From assembly GCA_963796715.1 (NCBI GenBank), contig CAWCMN010000009.1, positions 966,172-1,030,171 of the forward strand: a stretch of DNA of 64,000 bases, read 5' to 3'. Position 1 is the first letter of the stretch, and the number at the start of each line of letters is the position of its first letter. Of this stretch, positions 22,042 to 33,200 are shown one piece after another. The stretch comes from an uncultured Chloroflexia bacterium. GTDB taxonomy: Bacteria > Chloroflexota > Limnocylindria > Limnocylindrales > CSP1-4. The position numbers and the translations under genes were made by a program. The notes under the pieces are model-generated. The model had not been told where the DNA came from, ran no database searches, and saw only the letters and a program-made list of their open reading frames with translations.

Positions 22042-23002
22042 ATGAAAGCCGTCGTCCAGGACGAGTGGGGACCGCCGGAGGTCCTGCGGATCGAGGAGGT
22101 CGAGCGTCCGACGCCCAAGGCCGGTGAGGTCCTCATCCGGATCCGCGCGTCGACCGTCAGCCAGTCCGATACCCACGCCCGGGCGGCCCATGAGGTCATC
22201 TATCGCCTGATCGGCGGGTTCCGACGGCCTCGCTGGCGAACGCTCGGGGTCGAGCTGTCGGGCGACGTGGCGGCGGTGGGGTCGGGCGTGAGCCGGTTCC
22301 ATGTCGGCGATGCCGTCTTCGGGATGCCCCCGGGTTTCGGGGCCCACGCCGAGTACATCTGCCTGAAGGAGGGCGGCGCGCTGGCGCTCAAGCCGGCCAA
22401 CATCAGCTTCGAGGAAGCGGCCGCGGTCTGCGATGGCGCCGGCCAGGCCCTCTCGGCACTGCGCCAGGCCGGTACGCAAAAGGGCCAGCGTCTCGTCATC
22501 TACGGCGCGTCCGGGTCGCTCGGAACGGCGGCCGTCCAGCTGGCGCATGAGATGGGCGCCCACGTCATCGGCGTCTGCAGCACCAGCCATGTCGACCTCG
22601 TGCGTTCCCTGGGCGCCGACGAGGTCGTGGACTACACGCAGGACGACTTCCGGAAGCTCGGGCCGTTCGACGCGATCATCGACGCGGTCGGCAAGTACTC
22701 CTTCCGCAAGGGCCGGGTGGCGCTCAAGCCGGGCGGCATCTACGTCGGCACGGACCTTGGGCCAGGACGGGCTGGCCACGCTCGTCATGGCGGTCACGAC
22801 CAGGTTCGTCGGCGACAAGCGGCTGAAGTTCGCCATCGGCCGGCGCAGCCGGCAGGACGTGGAGCACATGAGGGACCTGATCGAGGCCCGCAAGTTCCAT
22901 CCTGTGGTGGATCGGACCTATCCGATGGAGCACGTGGTCGAGGCCCACCGATACGTCGAGGGCTGGCACAAGACCGGCAACGTCGTCCTGACGATCGACT
23001 AG
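22042..23002 (+). CDS. NAD(P)-dependent alcohol dehydrogenase/quinone reductase (MDR), frameshifted
   Basis: GPPEVL, YGASGSLGTAAVQLA, C-terminal AHRYVEGWHKTGNVV. Confidence 0.88.
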
Positions 23003-23050
23003 GGCCGCCGGAGCCCGAGCCCCAGCGCGATCAACACGACCCCGCACAGC

Positions 23051-23219
23051 TGATGCTGTCGCGCGAATCAAACCAACCCTCGCCCAGCTGATGCTGCCGA
23101 AGTCATCACGGACGGCCCGGGGTCGTCAACGGAGAGGGATTCGTTCTGTCCACTTCGATCCGATGACTTCGAGCGCATCAGCACGGAGGGTTCGTCAGAA
23201 ATCGGGTCAGGGAGCATCA
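23051..23219. repeat. Repeat copy A: outer inverted-repeat arms only
   Basis: TGATGCT...CCCTC..CTGATGCTGCCGAAGTCATCA, mirrored by GATGACTTCGAGCGCATCAGC.CGGAGGG...AGCATCA. Confidence 0.75.
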
Positions 23220-23264
23220 CCGGGAAGGGGCCGGCGCGGGCCAGATCCGGCCCTCCTAGACGTA

Positions 23265-23292
23265 TTGACAGATGTACGTTAGAACGTACACT
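23265..23292 (+). promoter_or_regulatory. Promoter and palindromic operator of the phd-relE TA module (leaderless)
   Basis: TTGACA-16bp-TACACT, 7 nt before the ATG. Palindrome TGTACGTT-AG-AACGTACA at 23273-23290. Confidence 0.75.
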
Positions 23293-23299
23293 GCAACGC

Positions 23300-23575
23300 A
23301 TGAAAAGCATCCCCATCAGCGACCTCCGCCAGCGGGCGGCGGACGTCATCGACGATGTCCAGGCCAGCGACGAACCCATGGTCGTGCTCCAGCGCTCCCG
23401 ACCGGCCGCGTACATCGTCAGCCCCGAGCGGTACGAGCGCGATCAGGCCGAGCTCAGCACCCTACGCCGGGCAGTCTTCCTGCGTGAGGTCCGCGAGGCC
23501 GAGGCCGAGTACCTGGCCGGGGACGCTCGCACCTTCGACGACGTGGAGCAGCTGCTCGACGAGCTTCGGCCCTGA
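23300..23575 (+). CDS. Phd/YefM family antitoxin
   Basis: IPISDLRQRAADVIDDV..EPMVVLQRSRPAAYIV. Confidence 0.9.
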   Translation: MKSIPISDLRQRAADVIDDVQASDEPMVVLQRSRPAAYIVSPERYERDQAELSTLRRAVFLREVREAEAEYLAGDARTFDDVEQLLDELRP

Positions 23576-23576
23576 C

Positions 23577-23831
23577 TTGCGGTTCACGGCCTCGAGTCGG
23601 TTCCTGCGAAGGGCGAAGAAGCTCCGCGAACCGCAGGCCACGATGCTCCGCGCAGCACTCCGCCGTTTCGCGGCTGACCCCAAGGATCCGCTCCTCCGCA
23701 CGCACAAGCTGAGCGGGGACCTAGACGGCTACTGGGCCTTCAGCGTGGATGACGACCTGCGGGTCCTCTTCCGCTGGGACGGCGATCTGGCGTTCCTCGT
23801 CCAGCTGGGCTCGCACGACCAGGTCTACTGA
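23577..23831 (+). CDS. RelE/YafQ-family mRNA interferase toxin
   Basis: LRTHKLSGDLDGYWAFSVDDDLRVLF..LGSHDQVY; TTG start just after the antitoxin stop. Confidence 0.88.
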   Translation: MRFTASSRFLRRAKKLREPQATMLRAALRRFAADPKDPLLRTHKLSGDLDGYWAFSVDDDLRVLFRWDGDLAFLVQLGSHDQVY

Positions 23832-23990
23832 GGGACCGCCGGCCCCCGCGGCGAGGAACGGTCAGAACGGCCCTCGGATTTCGGGGCCAAGGGCACTCCT
23901 CCGACCACAAACGAGGCCCGGAAACTCACCGCGTAGAGCGGCTGGACGAGCTCCGGCGCTAAGGCCCGATCGCGTCGAGGGAGTGAGGCC

Positions 23991-24680
23991 ATGACCACCT
24001 TGCAATCCGACGCCGCACCTGCTGCGCGCGGGCCGGCAAGAACGATCGCTCTGTTCCTGGATGCCTCGACCGCGATCCCCTGGTTCGTGACCGCGCCGCT
24101 GGTCCGCCCGTGGCATCTCCGGTGGGGCGCCACCGCGGACGAGGTACACGGACCCATGCCCGGTGACGACGTCGTGCCGAAGGCGCAGTTCAACGCGACT
24201 CGGGCCGTCACGATCAACGCGTCGCCCGAGCGCGTGTGGCCTTGGATCGTGCAGCTGGGCTATCGCCGGGCCGGGTTCTACACGTACGACCTGATCGACA
24301 ACGCGGGTCAACGGAGCGCCGAGCGCATCCTCCATGCGTATCAGCACCCCGCCGCCGGCGACTTGATGCCGATGTTCAAGGAACTCCAGGGCCTGGCGAT
24401 CGCCTACACGGTGACCGCCTTCGAGACGAACGAGTGGATGGTCTGGGTCCATCGGCCGAGCGCCACGGAAGCACCGGACAGCACGTGGACCTGGCGCCTC
24501 ACCCCATTGCCGGGTGGCGGCACCCGGCTCGTGACGCGCATGAAGCAGGACTACCGGTGGGACACGCCGCGCCTGGCGTTCTTCAACTTCGTGCTGATGG
24601 AGCTGGGCGACTTCGCCATGGAACGCCGCATGCTGAAGGGCATCAAGCGGCGGGCTGAGTCGGCCGAGCCGTCCCACTGA
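23991..24680 (+). CDS. SRPBCC family protein
   Basis: WGAT..E..MPGD, RAVTINASPERVWPWIVQLG..RAGFY, MERRMLKGIK. Confidence 0.8.
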   Translation: MTTLQSDAAPAARGPARTIALFLDASTAIPWFVTAPLVRPWHLRWGATADEVHGPMPGDDVVPKAQFNATRAVTINASPERVWPWIVQLGYRRAGFYTYDLIDNAGQRSAERILHAYQHPAAGDLMPMFKELQGLAIAYTVTAFETNEWMVWVHRPSATEAPDSTWTWRLTPLPGGGTRLVTRMKQDYRWDTPRLAFFNFVLMELGDFAMERRMLKGIKRRAESAEPSH

Positions 24681-24698
24681 CTCGGCGGCCGGCTTCCG

Positions 24699-26053
24699 TC
24701 AGCCCGCGGCGCCCTCCAGCGGTTCCACCAGCACGACCAACCCGTCCTGGCGGATGACCCGCACGGGGGTTCCGCGGGCGAGGGGCCGTTCGTCGACCGT
24801 CCGGGCGGACCATTCCTCGCCGCCGACGTAGACCGAGCCCTCGGGGTCGATGGGGCGGCGGACCTCGCCCTGCGATGCCCGGCGCCAGGCCCTGGCCGAC
24901 CGTCCCGGGTGAGCCGCGCATGCGGCGGGTGCGGGTCGCGGCCGTGATCACGACGAGCAGGTAGAGCCCAGCGCCGATCACCACCGCCACCAGGACCGGC
25001 ACCGCGACGCTGACATCCGGCCCGGTCGGCGAGCCGGGCGCGGCGTAGAGCGTGCCGCCGCCGATCACGAGGCACACCAGTCCGCCGGCGGCCAGCAGGG
25101 CGTGGCTGGGCACGAACGCCTCGGCCACGAAGAGCGCGATGGCCAGCGCGATGAGGATCAGCCCGGCCACGTTGAGGGGCAGGCTGCCGAAGCCGATGAA
25201 CGCCAGCACGAGCGCGATCGCGCCGACCGTGCCGGTGAAGAAGTTGGGATGGAACAGCTCGCCGACCAGGCCCAGCCCACCGATGATGAACAGGACGAAG
25301 GCGATGTTGGGGTCGTTGAGCAGGTGCAGGAGCACCTGGATCGGCCCCATGTCGATCTCGGTCGTGGTCGCCCCGTCCAGGTTCAGCGTGACTCGACGTC
25401 GAGCCCACCGTGACGGTCTTGCCGTTGGCGAAGGCGAGGACGTCCGGCAGGGTGGCGGCGATGCCATCGACCGCATGCAGCGAGACGGCCTGGGTGGCAC
25501 TCGCGCTGACGGCCTGGAGGACGGTCGAGCGGGCCCAGTCCACGTTGCGGCCGCGGGTCTCGGCGATCGACTGGATCTTGGCCGCGGCGTCGTTGGTGAC
25601 CTTCTGGCCCTCGGTGCCCGTGATGTCGCCGCCGCTGCTGTCGACCGGCGACGCCGCGCCGATGCTCGTGCCGGGCGCCATCACGGCGATGTTGCTGGCC
25701 AGCGTGATGAACGTGCCGGCGCTCGCCGCGAAGCCGCCGGCGGGCGCGACCCAGACGATGACCGGGATCGTGGCCTGCAGCTCCGAACCCACGATGTCGT
25801 TCGTGGAGAAGAGGTCGCCGCCGGGCGTGTCCAGCTCGATGATCACCGCGGCGTCGCCGTCCGCCTCTGCACGGGAGATGCCATCGGCGATGTAGCCGGC
25901 CATGACCTGGTCGACGACGCCGGTGGTCGGCAGGACCAGCACGTTCGGTGCAGGGGAGGCGGCCCGTACGGAGCCGACCAGCAGGAGCGCACCGGTCGCC
26001 GCGAGGAGCATGGCGCGGCCCGTCCGTCCGATCCTGCCGCGGGCCGTGATCAT
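24699..26053 (-). CDS. nfeD: NfeD membrane-bound ClpP-class serine protease, frameshifted
   Basis: LDTPGG, AASAGTFI, MAPGTSIGAASP, transmembrane segments and C-terminal OB-like domain. Confidence 0.88.
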
Positions 26054-26136
26054 CGTGCGAGGCTCCTTCTGCCACTGATGGTACGCGCGCGGTCCACGAG
26101 CGGGTCTATGCCGCGCTCCGCGCTGCGCCGGGGGCC

Positions 26137-26286
26137 CTGACCTGGGAGGTTCGTAACGGACGAGGAAACGGCCCTGGCACGTCCTTTTGGCCGTTCTTTG
26201 ACCCCGCAGGTCAGGCCGGCGCACGAACCGGCCCTCCCGGAGCCTTGGGGACGGGTTTCTCGACCGTTACGAACCCCGGGGGTTAG
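26137..26286. repeat. Repeat copy E: inner inverted-repeat unit only
   Basis: CTGACCTGGGAGGTTCGTAACGGAC ... TGACCCCGCAGGTCAG ... GACCGTTACGAACCCCGGGGGTTAG. Confidence 0.7.
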
Positions 26287-26296
26287 GCCGCCACTG

Positions 26297-26351
26297 CAAG
26301 AGTGACTCTGGCGTAACGATAGATTGACTCTTACGACAAGCGGCGTACACT
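26297..26351 (+). promoter_or_regulatory. Leaderless promoter with inverted repeat
   Basis: TTGACT-16bp-TACACT, 6 nt before ATG 26358; AAGAGT...ACTCTT inverted repeat. Confidence 0.55.
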
Positions 26352-26357
26352 GCCGGC

Positions 26358-26666
26358 ATGCAGTCGATCGGTCGAACGCAGCTGGAATCGGCGCTTCAGG
26401 CGCTTGGGGAACTCCTCGAGTCGCGTGGACTGCCCTGGCTCGCCGACCGCTTCGACATGATCTGCTTCAAGCTCTACGCGGCGGTCGACCAGGGGCCGCG
26501 GACCCGGCATCTGCAGGATCTGATCGAGCTCCGCCCCGACCCCGACGAACTGCTGTCAGCGGCCCGATGGACCTTGACGCACGACCCGTCGCCAGGCTAC
26601 CGATCGCTGCTCGCGGACGCACTACGCCGACTCGGCGGCGAGGATCCAGATGGATCCCTCGACTAG
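26358..26666 (+). pseudogene. DUF6036/AbiEii-like nucleotidyltransferase lacking its catalytic core
   Basis: The N-terminal LESALQALGELL joins directly to the C-terminal RFDMICFKLYAAVD..RHLQDL..AARW; no GG..DxD segment; only 102 aa. Confidence 0.55.
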
Positions 26667-27543
26667 GTCGCTTCAGAGCGCCCTGCTCGACCGGGCGTGG
26701 ATCCAGTGGATCGCGCTCGGGGTTGACGCTGTCGGCGAGCCCGATGACGCGGTGGTCGACCCAGAAGCCCTGATCGCGCTCACGGCGGAGCTCGCTGATG
26801 CGGACGCACGCCTGCGCGATGTCAGTACCGACTGGTGCGTCGCCTACGGCAGGTACGTCAACGGGTCCCGCTTGAAGCAGGTCGCGCGCGAACTCGGGAC
26901 GCCACCTGCGGCGATCGGCGAGTACGTGGCGACGATCGCAGCCGCCGGCGGTCCGACCTGGCCGATGGCCACCAACCCGAGGCTCGACTACGTCTCCCGG
27001 GGCAAGGCCCGGCTCGACTCCGCTCGATCTCGGTCGCGCCTCCGGATCCGGCTGCGAGCCGCATTCGGCGTGAACGCCCGAGCCGATGTGCTCGCCGCCT
27101 TGCTGGTCGGTGCGGAGAATCGCCTGAGCGTCGCCGACCTCGCTCGCAAGACGCGTTTCACCAAGCCAAACACGGCATTCGCCGTGGACGCGCTGGTCTT
27201 GGCCGGTCTGCTGGAGGCGCAGACGGTCGGCAACGAGCGCCGCCTAGTCTTGAGTAAACCCGGCGAGATCCTCCCGGGCGTGCGGCCTCCGATCAGGCAG
27301 CCGGATTGGGTCGCCAAATTCGGCGTGACCCTCGATGTGCTCCGCTTCGAAAGGCAGGACGGGTCTTCCGCCTCTGTGCGGGCGATCGAAGCCCGGCGCT
27401 TCGTCGAGGGGCTGCTCCCCCGTATCAGGGGCGAGGGGTTGCCCGAGCCGGACCTCACCGCGCTCGGTGAGCCATTCTCGGGTGCCTACGATCGATGGCT
27501 TGTTGAGCTGGCGGATAACCTCCGGAGCTCTGCGCGACCGTAG
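26650..27543 (+). CDS. Winged-helix protein, probable type IV TA antitoxin/partner
   Basis: AWIQWIALGV..VVDPEALI; LRLRAAFGVNARADVL + HTH; overlaps the upstream gene. Confidence 0.6.
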   Translation: MDPSTRSLQSALLDRAWIQWIALGVDAVGEPDDAVVDPEALIALTAELADADARLRDVSTDWCVAYGRYVNGSRLKQVARELGTPPAAIGEYVATIAAAGGPTWPMATNPRLDYVSRGKARLDSARSRSRLRIRLRAAFGVNARADVLAALLVGAENRLSVADLARKTRFTKPNTAFAVDALVLAGLLEAQTVGNERRLVLSKPGEILPGVRPPIRQPDWVAKFGVTLDVLRFERQDGSSASVRAIEARRFVEGLLPRIRGEGLPEPDLTALGEPFSGAYDRWLVELADNLRSSARP

Positions 27544-27578
27544 CCGTCGGGCGATCCTCTGGCGCGTAGCATCGGGCC

Positions 27579-28151
27579 GTGCACGTCCACCTGGAGACCG
27601 AGCGCCTGATCCTGCGACGGTTCACGGCCGACGACGTCGACCTCGCGACGGCCCTCGATGCCGACCCGGCCGTCATGCGCTACATCAACGGCGGCCGGCC
27701 CACGCCCCGCGAGGAGATCCGCGACGACTACTTGCCCGCCTGGATGGCCTACTACCAACGGGGCGATCGGTATGGCTTCTGGGCGGCCATGGAGAAACGC
27801 ACCGGTGAGTTCCTGGGTTGGTTCCACCTCCGCCCGCACGAGGGCGAGCCCGATGACGAGCCGGAGCTTGGCTACCGGCTGATGGCCTCGGCCTGGGGGC
27901 GTGGCTACGCGACCGAAGGGAGCCGCGCACTGATTCGAAAGGCTTTCACGGATCTTGGCGCCCGCCGCGTGTACGCCACGACGATGATGGTCAACGTGGC
28001 TTCACGGCGCGTCATGGAGAAGGCCGGACTTCGCTTCGTCCGTGTGTTCCATGAGCCATGGCCGGACCGGATCGAGGGCGAGGAGCACGGCGACGTCGAG
28101 TACGCCCTGACTCGTGAGCAGTGGGAGGCCGAAGATGCCGCCCGAACCTGA
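27579..28151 (+). CDS. GNAT acetyltransferase, RimJ/RimL family
   Basis: LETERLILR, ELGYRL..AWGRGYATE, NVASRRVMEKAG. Confidence 0.9.
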   Translation: MHVHLETERLILRRFTADDVDLATALDADPAVMRYINGGRPTPREEIRDDYLPAWMAYYQRGDRYGFWAAMEKRTGEFLGWFHLRPHEGEPDDEPELGYRLMASAWGRGYATEGSRALIRKAFTDLGARRVYATTMMVNVASRRVMEKAGLRFVRVFHEPWPDRIEGEEHGDVEYALTREQWEAEDAART

Positions 28152-28179
28152 CAGTCCGCCCGCGCCTCCTGATCGGCCG

Positions 28180-29122
28180 ATGCGGCCCTTCCGGTTCATG
28201 GCAGCAGCCCCGTCCATCGTGTCGGCCGCTGAGCTTGCGGCGACGGCCAGGCGCGCCGAGACCATGGGCTACAGCGCGCTCCTGATCACCGACCACCTGA
28301 TCGAGCAGCTCGCCCCGATGCCGGCCATGACCGCCATGGCCGCGGCCACCACGACGCTCAGGGTGGGCACGTTCGTGCTGGACAACGAGTTCCGCCACCC
28401 GGCGGTTCTGGCGCAGGACCTGGCCACGGTCGACCTGCTCAGTGGCGGGCGGCTGGAGGTGGGCATCGGAGCCGGCTGGAACAAGCCCGAGTTCGACCAC
28501 ATCGGCCTGGCGTTCGAGCCGGTCCCGGCGCGGGTGGCTCGCCTGGAGGAGGCGGTCGCCGTCCTCAAGGGCTGCTTCGCGGACGGCGCCATTCACGTTC
28601 ACCGGCGAGCACTACCGGATCACCGACTACGACGCCCAGCCGAAACCCACCCAGAAGCCGCATCCGCCCTTCCTGATCGGCGGTGGCGGGCGGCGCACCC
28701 TGGAGCTGGCCGGCCGCGAGGCCGACATCGTGGGGCTGGCGCCGCGCACGCTCGTCGGTGAGCGGACCGATCCGCGCAGCATCACGTTCGCCGCCGCGGT
28801 CGAGAAGATCGCGTGGGTGCGTGCCGCGGCCGGCGACCGCTTCGACAGCCTGGAGTTCAACATCTACCCGTCCAGCTCGCCGGTGCTCATCACCGACCAC
28901 GCCCGGGCGGAGGCGGCCAAGATCCACGACCGCCTCCTGCAGCGCACGGGCTATGAGTTGAGCGAGGACGAGATCCTGGAGTCGCCGCACGTCTTCATCG
29001 GCTCGGTCGACGGGCTCGTGGCGAAGTTCCGCGACCTCCGCGAGCGGCTCGGCATCAGCTCGTTCATGACCGGCGAGATCGACGACCTCGCGCCCGTCGT
29101 TGAGCGGCTGGTCGGCTCCTAG
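28180..29122 (+). CDS. LLM-class F420-dependent oxidoreductase, frameshifted
   Basis: RPFRF, TDH, FRHPAVLAQDLATVDLLSGGRLEVGIGAGW, PFLIGGGG. Confidence 0.88.
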
Positions 29123-29145
29123 GCACGCATCAAGAGGAGGCCGGA

Positions 29146-30202
29146 ATGGCTGAGGTGATCGACACGACGGCCGGGCCATATGTCGCTGCCCCGGATCGCT
29201 ACGAGGCGATGCCGTACAGGCGGGTGGGCACCAGCGGGCTGCGGCTGCCGGCCATCTCCCTCGGCCTGTGGCAGAACTTCGGTGACGACCGGGCGCTCGC
29301 CACCCAGCGGGCGATCATCCGCCGCGCCTTCGACCGCGGCGTCACGCACTTCGACCTGGCCAACAACTACGGCCCGCCCTACGGCTCGGCGGAGGTCAAC
29401 TTCGGGCGCATCCTGGCCTCCGACCTGCGCCCGTACCGCGACGAGCTGATCATCTCGACCAAGGCCGGCTACGACATGTGGCCAGGGCCGTACGGCATCG
29501 GCGGATCGCGCAAGTACCTCCTGGCCAGCCTGGACCAGAGCCTCAGGCGGATGGGCCTCGAGTACGTCGACCTCTTCTACTCCCATCGCGTCGACCCGGA
29601 CACGCCCTTGGAGGAGACGATGGGGGCGCTCGACGCGGCCGTCCGGCAGGGCAAGGCGCTGTACGTCGGCATCTCCTCCTACTCCGCGCGGCGGACGCGG
29701 GACGCGGTGGCCATCCTGCGCGCCCTCGGCACGCCGCCGGTCATCCACCAGCCGTCGTACTCGATGCTCAATCGATGGATCGAGCCCGAGCTGCTCGACG
29801 TCCTGGCGGAGGAGGGGATGGGCGCGATCGCCTTCTCGCCGCTGGCCCAGGGCCTGCTTGACCGACCGCTACCTGGACGGCGTGCCTGCCAATTCCCGGG
29901 CCGCGCGGGAGGGCTCCTTCTTCAGTCGGGACCTGCTGACGCCTGCGAACCTGGCCAACGCACGAGCGCTCCGCGAGATCGCCCGCCGCCGCGGACAGAC
30001 GCTCGCCCAGCTGGCCATCGCCTGGACGCTGCGCGATCCGCGCGTCACCTCCGCGCTCATCGGGGCGAGCTCGGTGGCGCAGCTCGACGACAACCTGGCG
30101 GCCGCCCAGGGTCTGGCGTTCACCGCGGACGAACTCGCCGAGATCGACAGGTTCGCGGTCGAGGGCGGCGTCAACATCTGGGCGCGCTCCAGCACCGCGT
30201 AG
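29146..30202 (+). CDS. mgrA: L-glyceraldehyde-3-phosphate reductase (aldo/keto reductase, YghZ/Gpr type), frameshifted
   Basis: SGLRLPAISLGLWQNFG, HFDLANNYGPPYGSAE, STKAGYDMWPGPYG. Confidence 0.9.
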
Positions 30203-30273
30203 GGAGCGTCCAAGGGCGCGATCCTGCCGGACGGGTTCCCCACGCGAGCGCGTTGGGATAGGCTCACCGCTCG

Positions 30274-33200
30274 ATGATCTGCTCGAACTGCGGGACGGAG
30301 AATCCGGCGGGCGCCAAGTTCTGCACGGAGTGTGCGTCGCGCCTCGCGATGGTGTGCCCCAACTGCGGCACGGCGAACGTGCCGACGGCTAAGTTCTGCG
30401 CCGAGTGTGCGAGCCCGCTTGGAGCCGCGACACCAGTCGCGGCGTCGGCGGGTTCGACGCCGATCGCGCCGGCCGTCGTCGCCGAGCGGCGCGTCGTGTC
30501 GGTCCTCTTCGCCGATCTCGTGGGCTTTACCACGCTCGCGGAGGGGCGTGACGCAGAAGACACGCGCGAACTGCTGAGCCACTACTTCGACCTCGCGCGC
30601 GATGTGATCGGCCGATACGGCGGCACGGTCGAGAAGTTCATCGGCGACGCGGTCATGGCCGTCTGGGGAGCGCCCACCGCTCACGAGGACGATGCGGAGC
30701 GGGCCGTGCGGGCCGGCCTGGAACTGGTCGACGCGGTTCGCACGCTTGGCCCGACCGTCCAGGCGCGTGCCGGTGTCCTTACCGGCGAGGCCGCCGTCAC
30801 CCTTGGCGCCACCAACCAGGGCATGGTCGCGGGCGACCTGGTGAATACGGCCAGCCGCCTCCAGTCGGCCGCAGCCCCGGGCACGGTCCTCGTCGGCGAA
30901 GCCACCCGCCGAGCCGCCAGCAAGGCGATCGCGTTCGAGGAAGCCGGCGAACAGACCCTCAAGGGCAAGGCCGCCCCCGTGCCGGCCTGGCTGGCCCTGC
31001 GCGTGGTCGCCCAGGTGGGCGGCCGCAACCGTGCCGACGCGCTGGAGGCACCGTTCGTAGGCCGGGATGACGAGCTCCGGCTCCTGAAGGACCTCTTCCA
31101 CGCCACCACCCGCGAACGGCGCGCCCGCCTCGTGTCGGTCATCGGGCCGGCGGGCATCGGCAAGACGCGCCTGGCGTGGGAATTCCTCAAGTATGTCGAT
31201 GGCCTGGTGGACACCGTCTGGTGGCACGACGGCCGCAGCCCGGCGTATGGGGAGGGCATCAGCTTCTGGGCCCTCGGCGAGATGGTCCGCGGCAGGACCG
31301 GCCTGCTGGAGACCGACGACGAGGCGACGACGCGGGCGAAGATCGCTGCCACGCTGCTGGAGCACGTGCCGGACCCGGACGAACGCCGTTGGATCGAGCC
31401 CGCCCTCCTGGCCCTGCTCGGCGTCGAGACCGGGATCGGATCGGAGCAGCTCTTCGGTGCCTGGCGGACGTTCTTCGAGCGCCTGGCCGCGACCGCCCCG
31501 GTCGTCCTGGTCTTCGAGGACTTCCACTTCGCCGATTCCGGGCTGATCGACTTCGTGGACCACCTGGTCGAGTGGTCCAAGGGCTTCCCGATCTACGTCG
31601 TGACGCTGGCCCGTCCGGAACTCCTGGAGCGGCGGTCCGAATGGGGTGCCGGCAAGCGCAGCTTCACCTCCCTGTACCTGGAGCCGCTGCCCGAGGCGGC
31701 CATGCGCGAGCTGCTGACGGGCCTCGTGCCTGGTCTGCCCGCCGCGGCCGTCAAGGCCATCATCGCCCGCGCCGACGGCATCCCCCTGTACGCCGTCGAG
31801 ACGGTGCGCATGCTCGTGGCCGAGGGACGCCTTGCTATCGCGGAGGGAACCTATCGGCCGGTGGGTGACCTGACCAGCCTCGCGGTCCCGGAGACCCTGA
31901 CCGCCCTGATCGCCTCCCGGCTCGACACCCTGGAGCCGACCGACAGGTCCCTTCTGCACGATGCGGCGGTGATCGGCCAAAGCTTCACGCCGGCCGCGCT
32001 TGCCTCGGTCTCGGGAGTCGCCGAGGCGGACCTGGAGCCCCGGCTGCGGGTGCTGGTCAAGCGCGAGCTGCTGACCCCCGCCACGACCGACCCGCGTAGC
32101 CCGGAGCGTGGCCAGTACGCGTTCGTCCAGGCGCTCATCCGCGAGGTGGCCTACGGCACGCTGGCCAAGGCCGACCGCAAGGCCAAGCACCTCGCGGCGG
32201 CCCGCTTCTTCGAGGGCCTGGGGTCAGACGAACTCGCCGGCGCGTTGGCCAGCCACTACCTCGCGGCATATCAGAACGCACCTGCGGGGCCTGAGGCGGA
32301 GGCGCTCGCCAGCCAGGCACGGCTGGCCCTTCGCGGCGCGGCGGAGCGTGCGGCGGCCCTGGGGGCGAATGACCAGGCTTTGCGCTTCCTGGACCAGGCG
32401 ATCTCCGTCACCACGGACCCCGAGCAGCAGGCCGAGCTGCTTGAGCGGGCCGGCGACGCCGCTGAGCTGGCGACCCGGTACGGCGACGCGGAGGCCTACC
32501 TGCGCCGGGCCATCAGGATCCACCGCGACGTCGGCGACCGCACGGCTGCCACCCGTGCCACCGCCCTCCTTGGCAAGATCCTTCTCGGTGGACGGCGCGT
32601 CGACCAGGCGCGCGACATCCTGGCGCAGGCGGCCGCGGAATTCGCCGACTTGGCCGGCGACCCGGCGTTCATCACGCTCGAGGGTCAGCTTGCCAGGACC
32701 TACTTCTTCCTCAACGAGGACCGTCGCGCGATCGAGGTCGCCGATCATGTCCTGGAGGAGGCCGAACGCGCGGACCTCGTCGCCATCCTGGCCGACACTC
32801 TCATCACAAGGGGCTCGGCGCTTGCCAACCTCGGACGGTGGCGCGAAGGGCTCGGTGTCATCGAGATCGGCGAGCGGCTGGCCCGCGACAACGGCTTCAC
32901 CCATACGCTGCTCCGTGCGCTCAACAACCGCTCGATCAACGGCTACTTGGACGACCCCGCGCGTGCCATGGCGGCGGCTGCCGAGGGCCTCGTCTTGGCC
33001 CGACGGGTGGGTGACATGGGCCTCGCCGTGGGGTACAGCGTCGGCCTGGCCTGGGACCGTCTCTACAGCGCGGAGTGGGATGACGCGCTGGCCCTGGTCG
33101 GGGCGTTCGCTCAGGACGATCAGGATCCGCTGACTCTCGCGACACTGATGTCCGTGCCGTTCTGCATTCGGGCCTTCCGGGGCGAGGACCTTGGTCCAGA

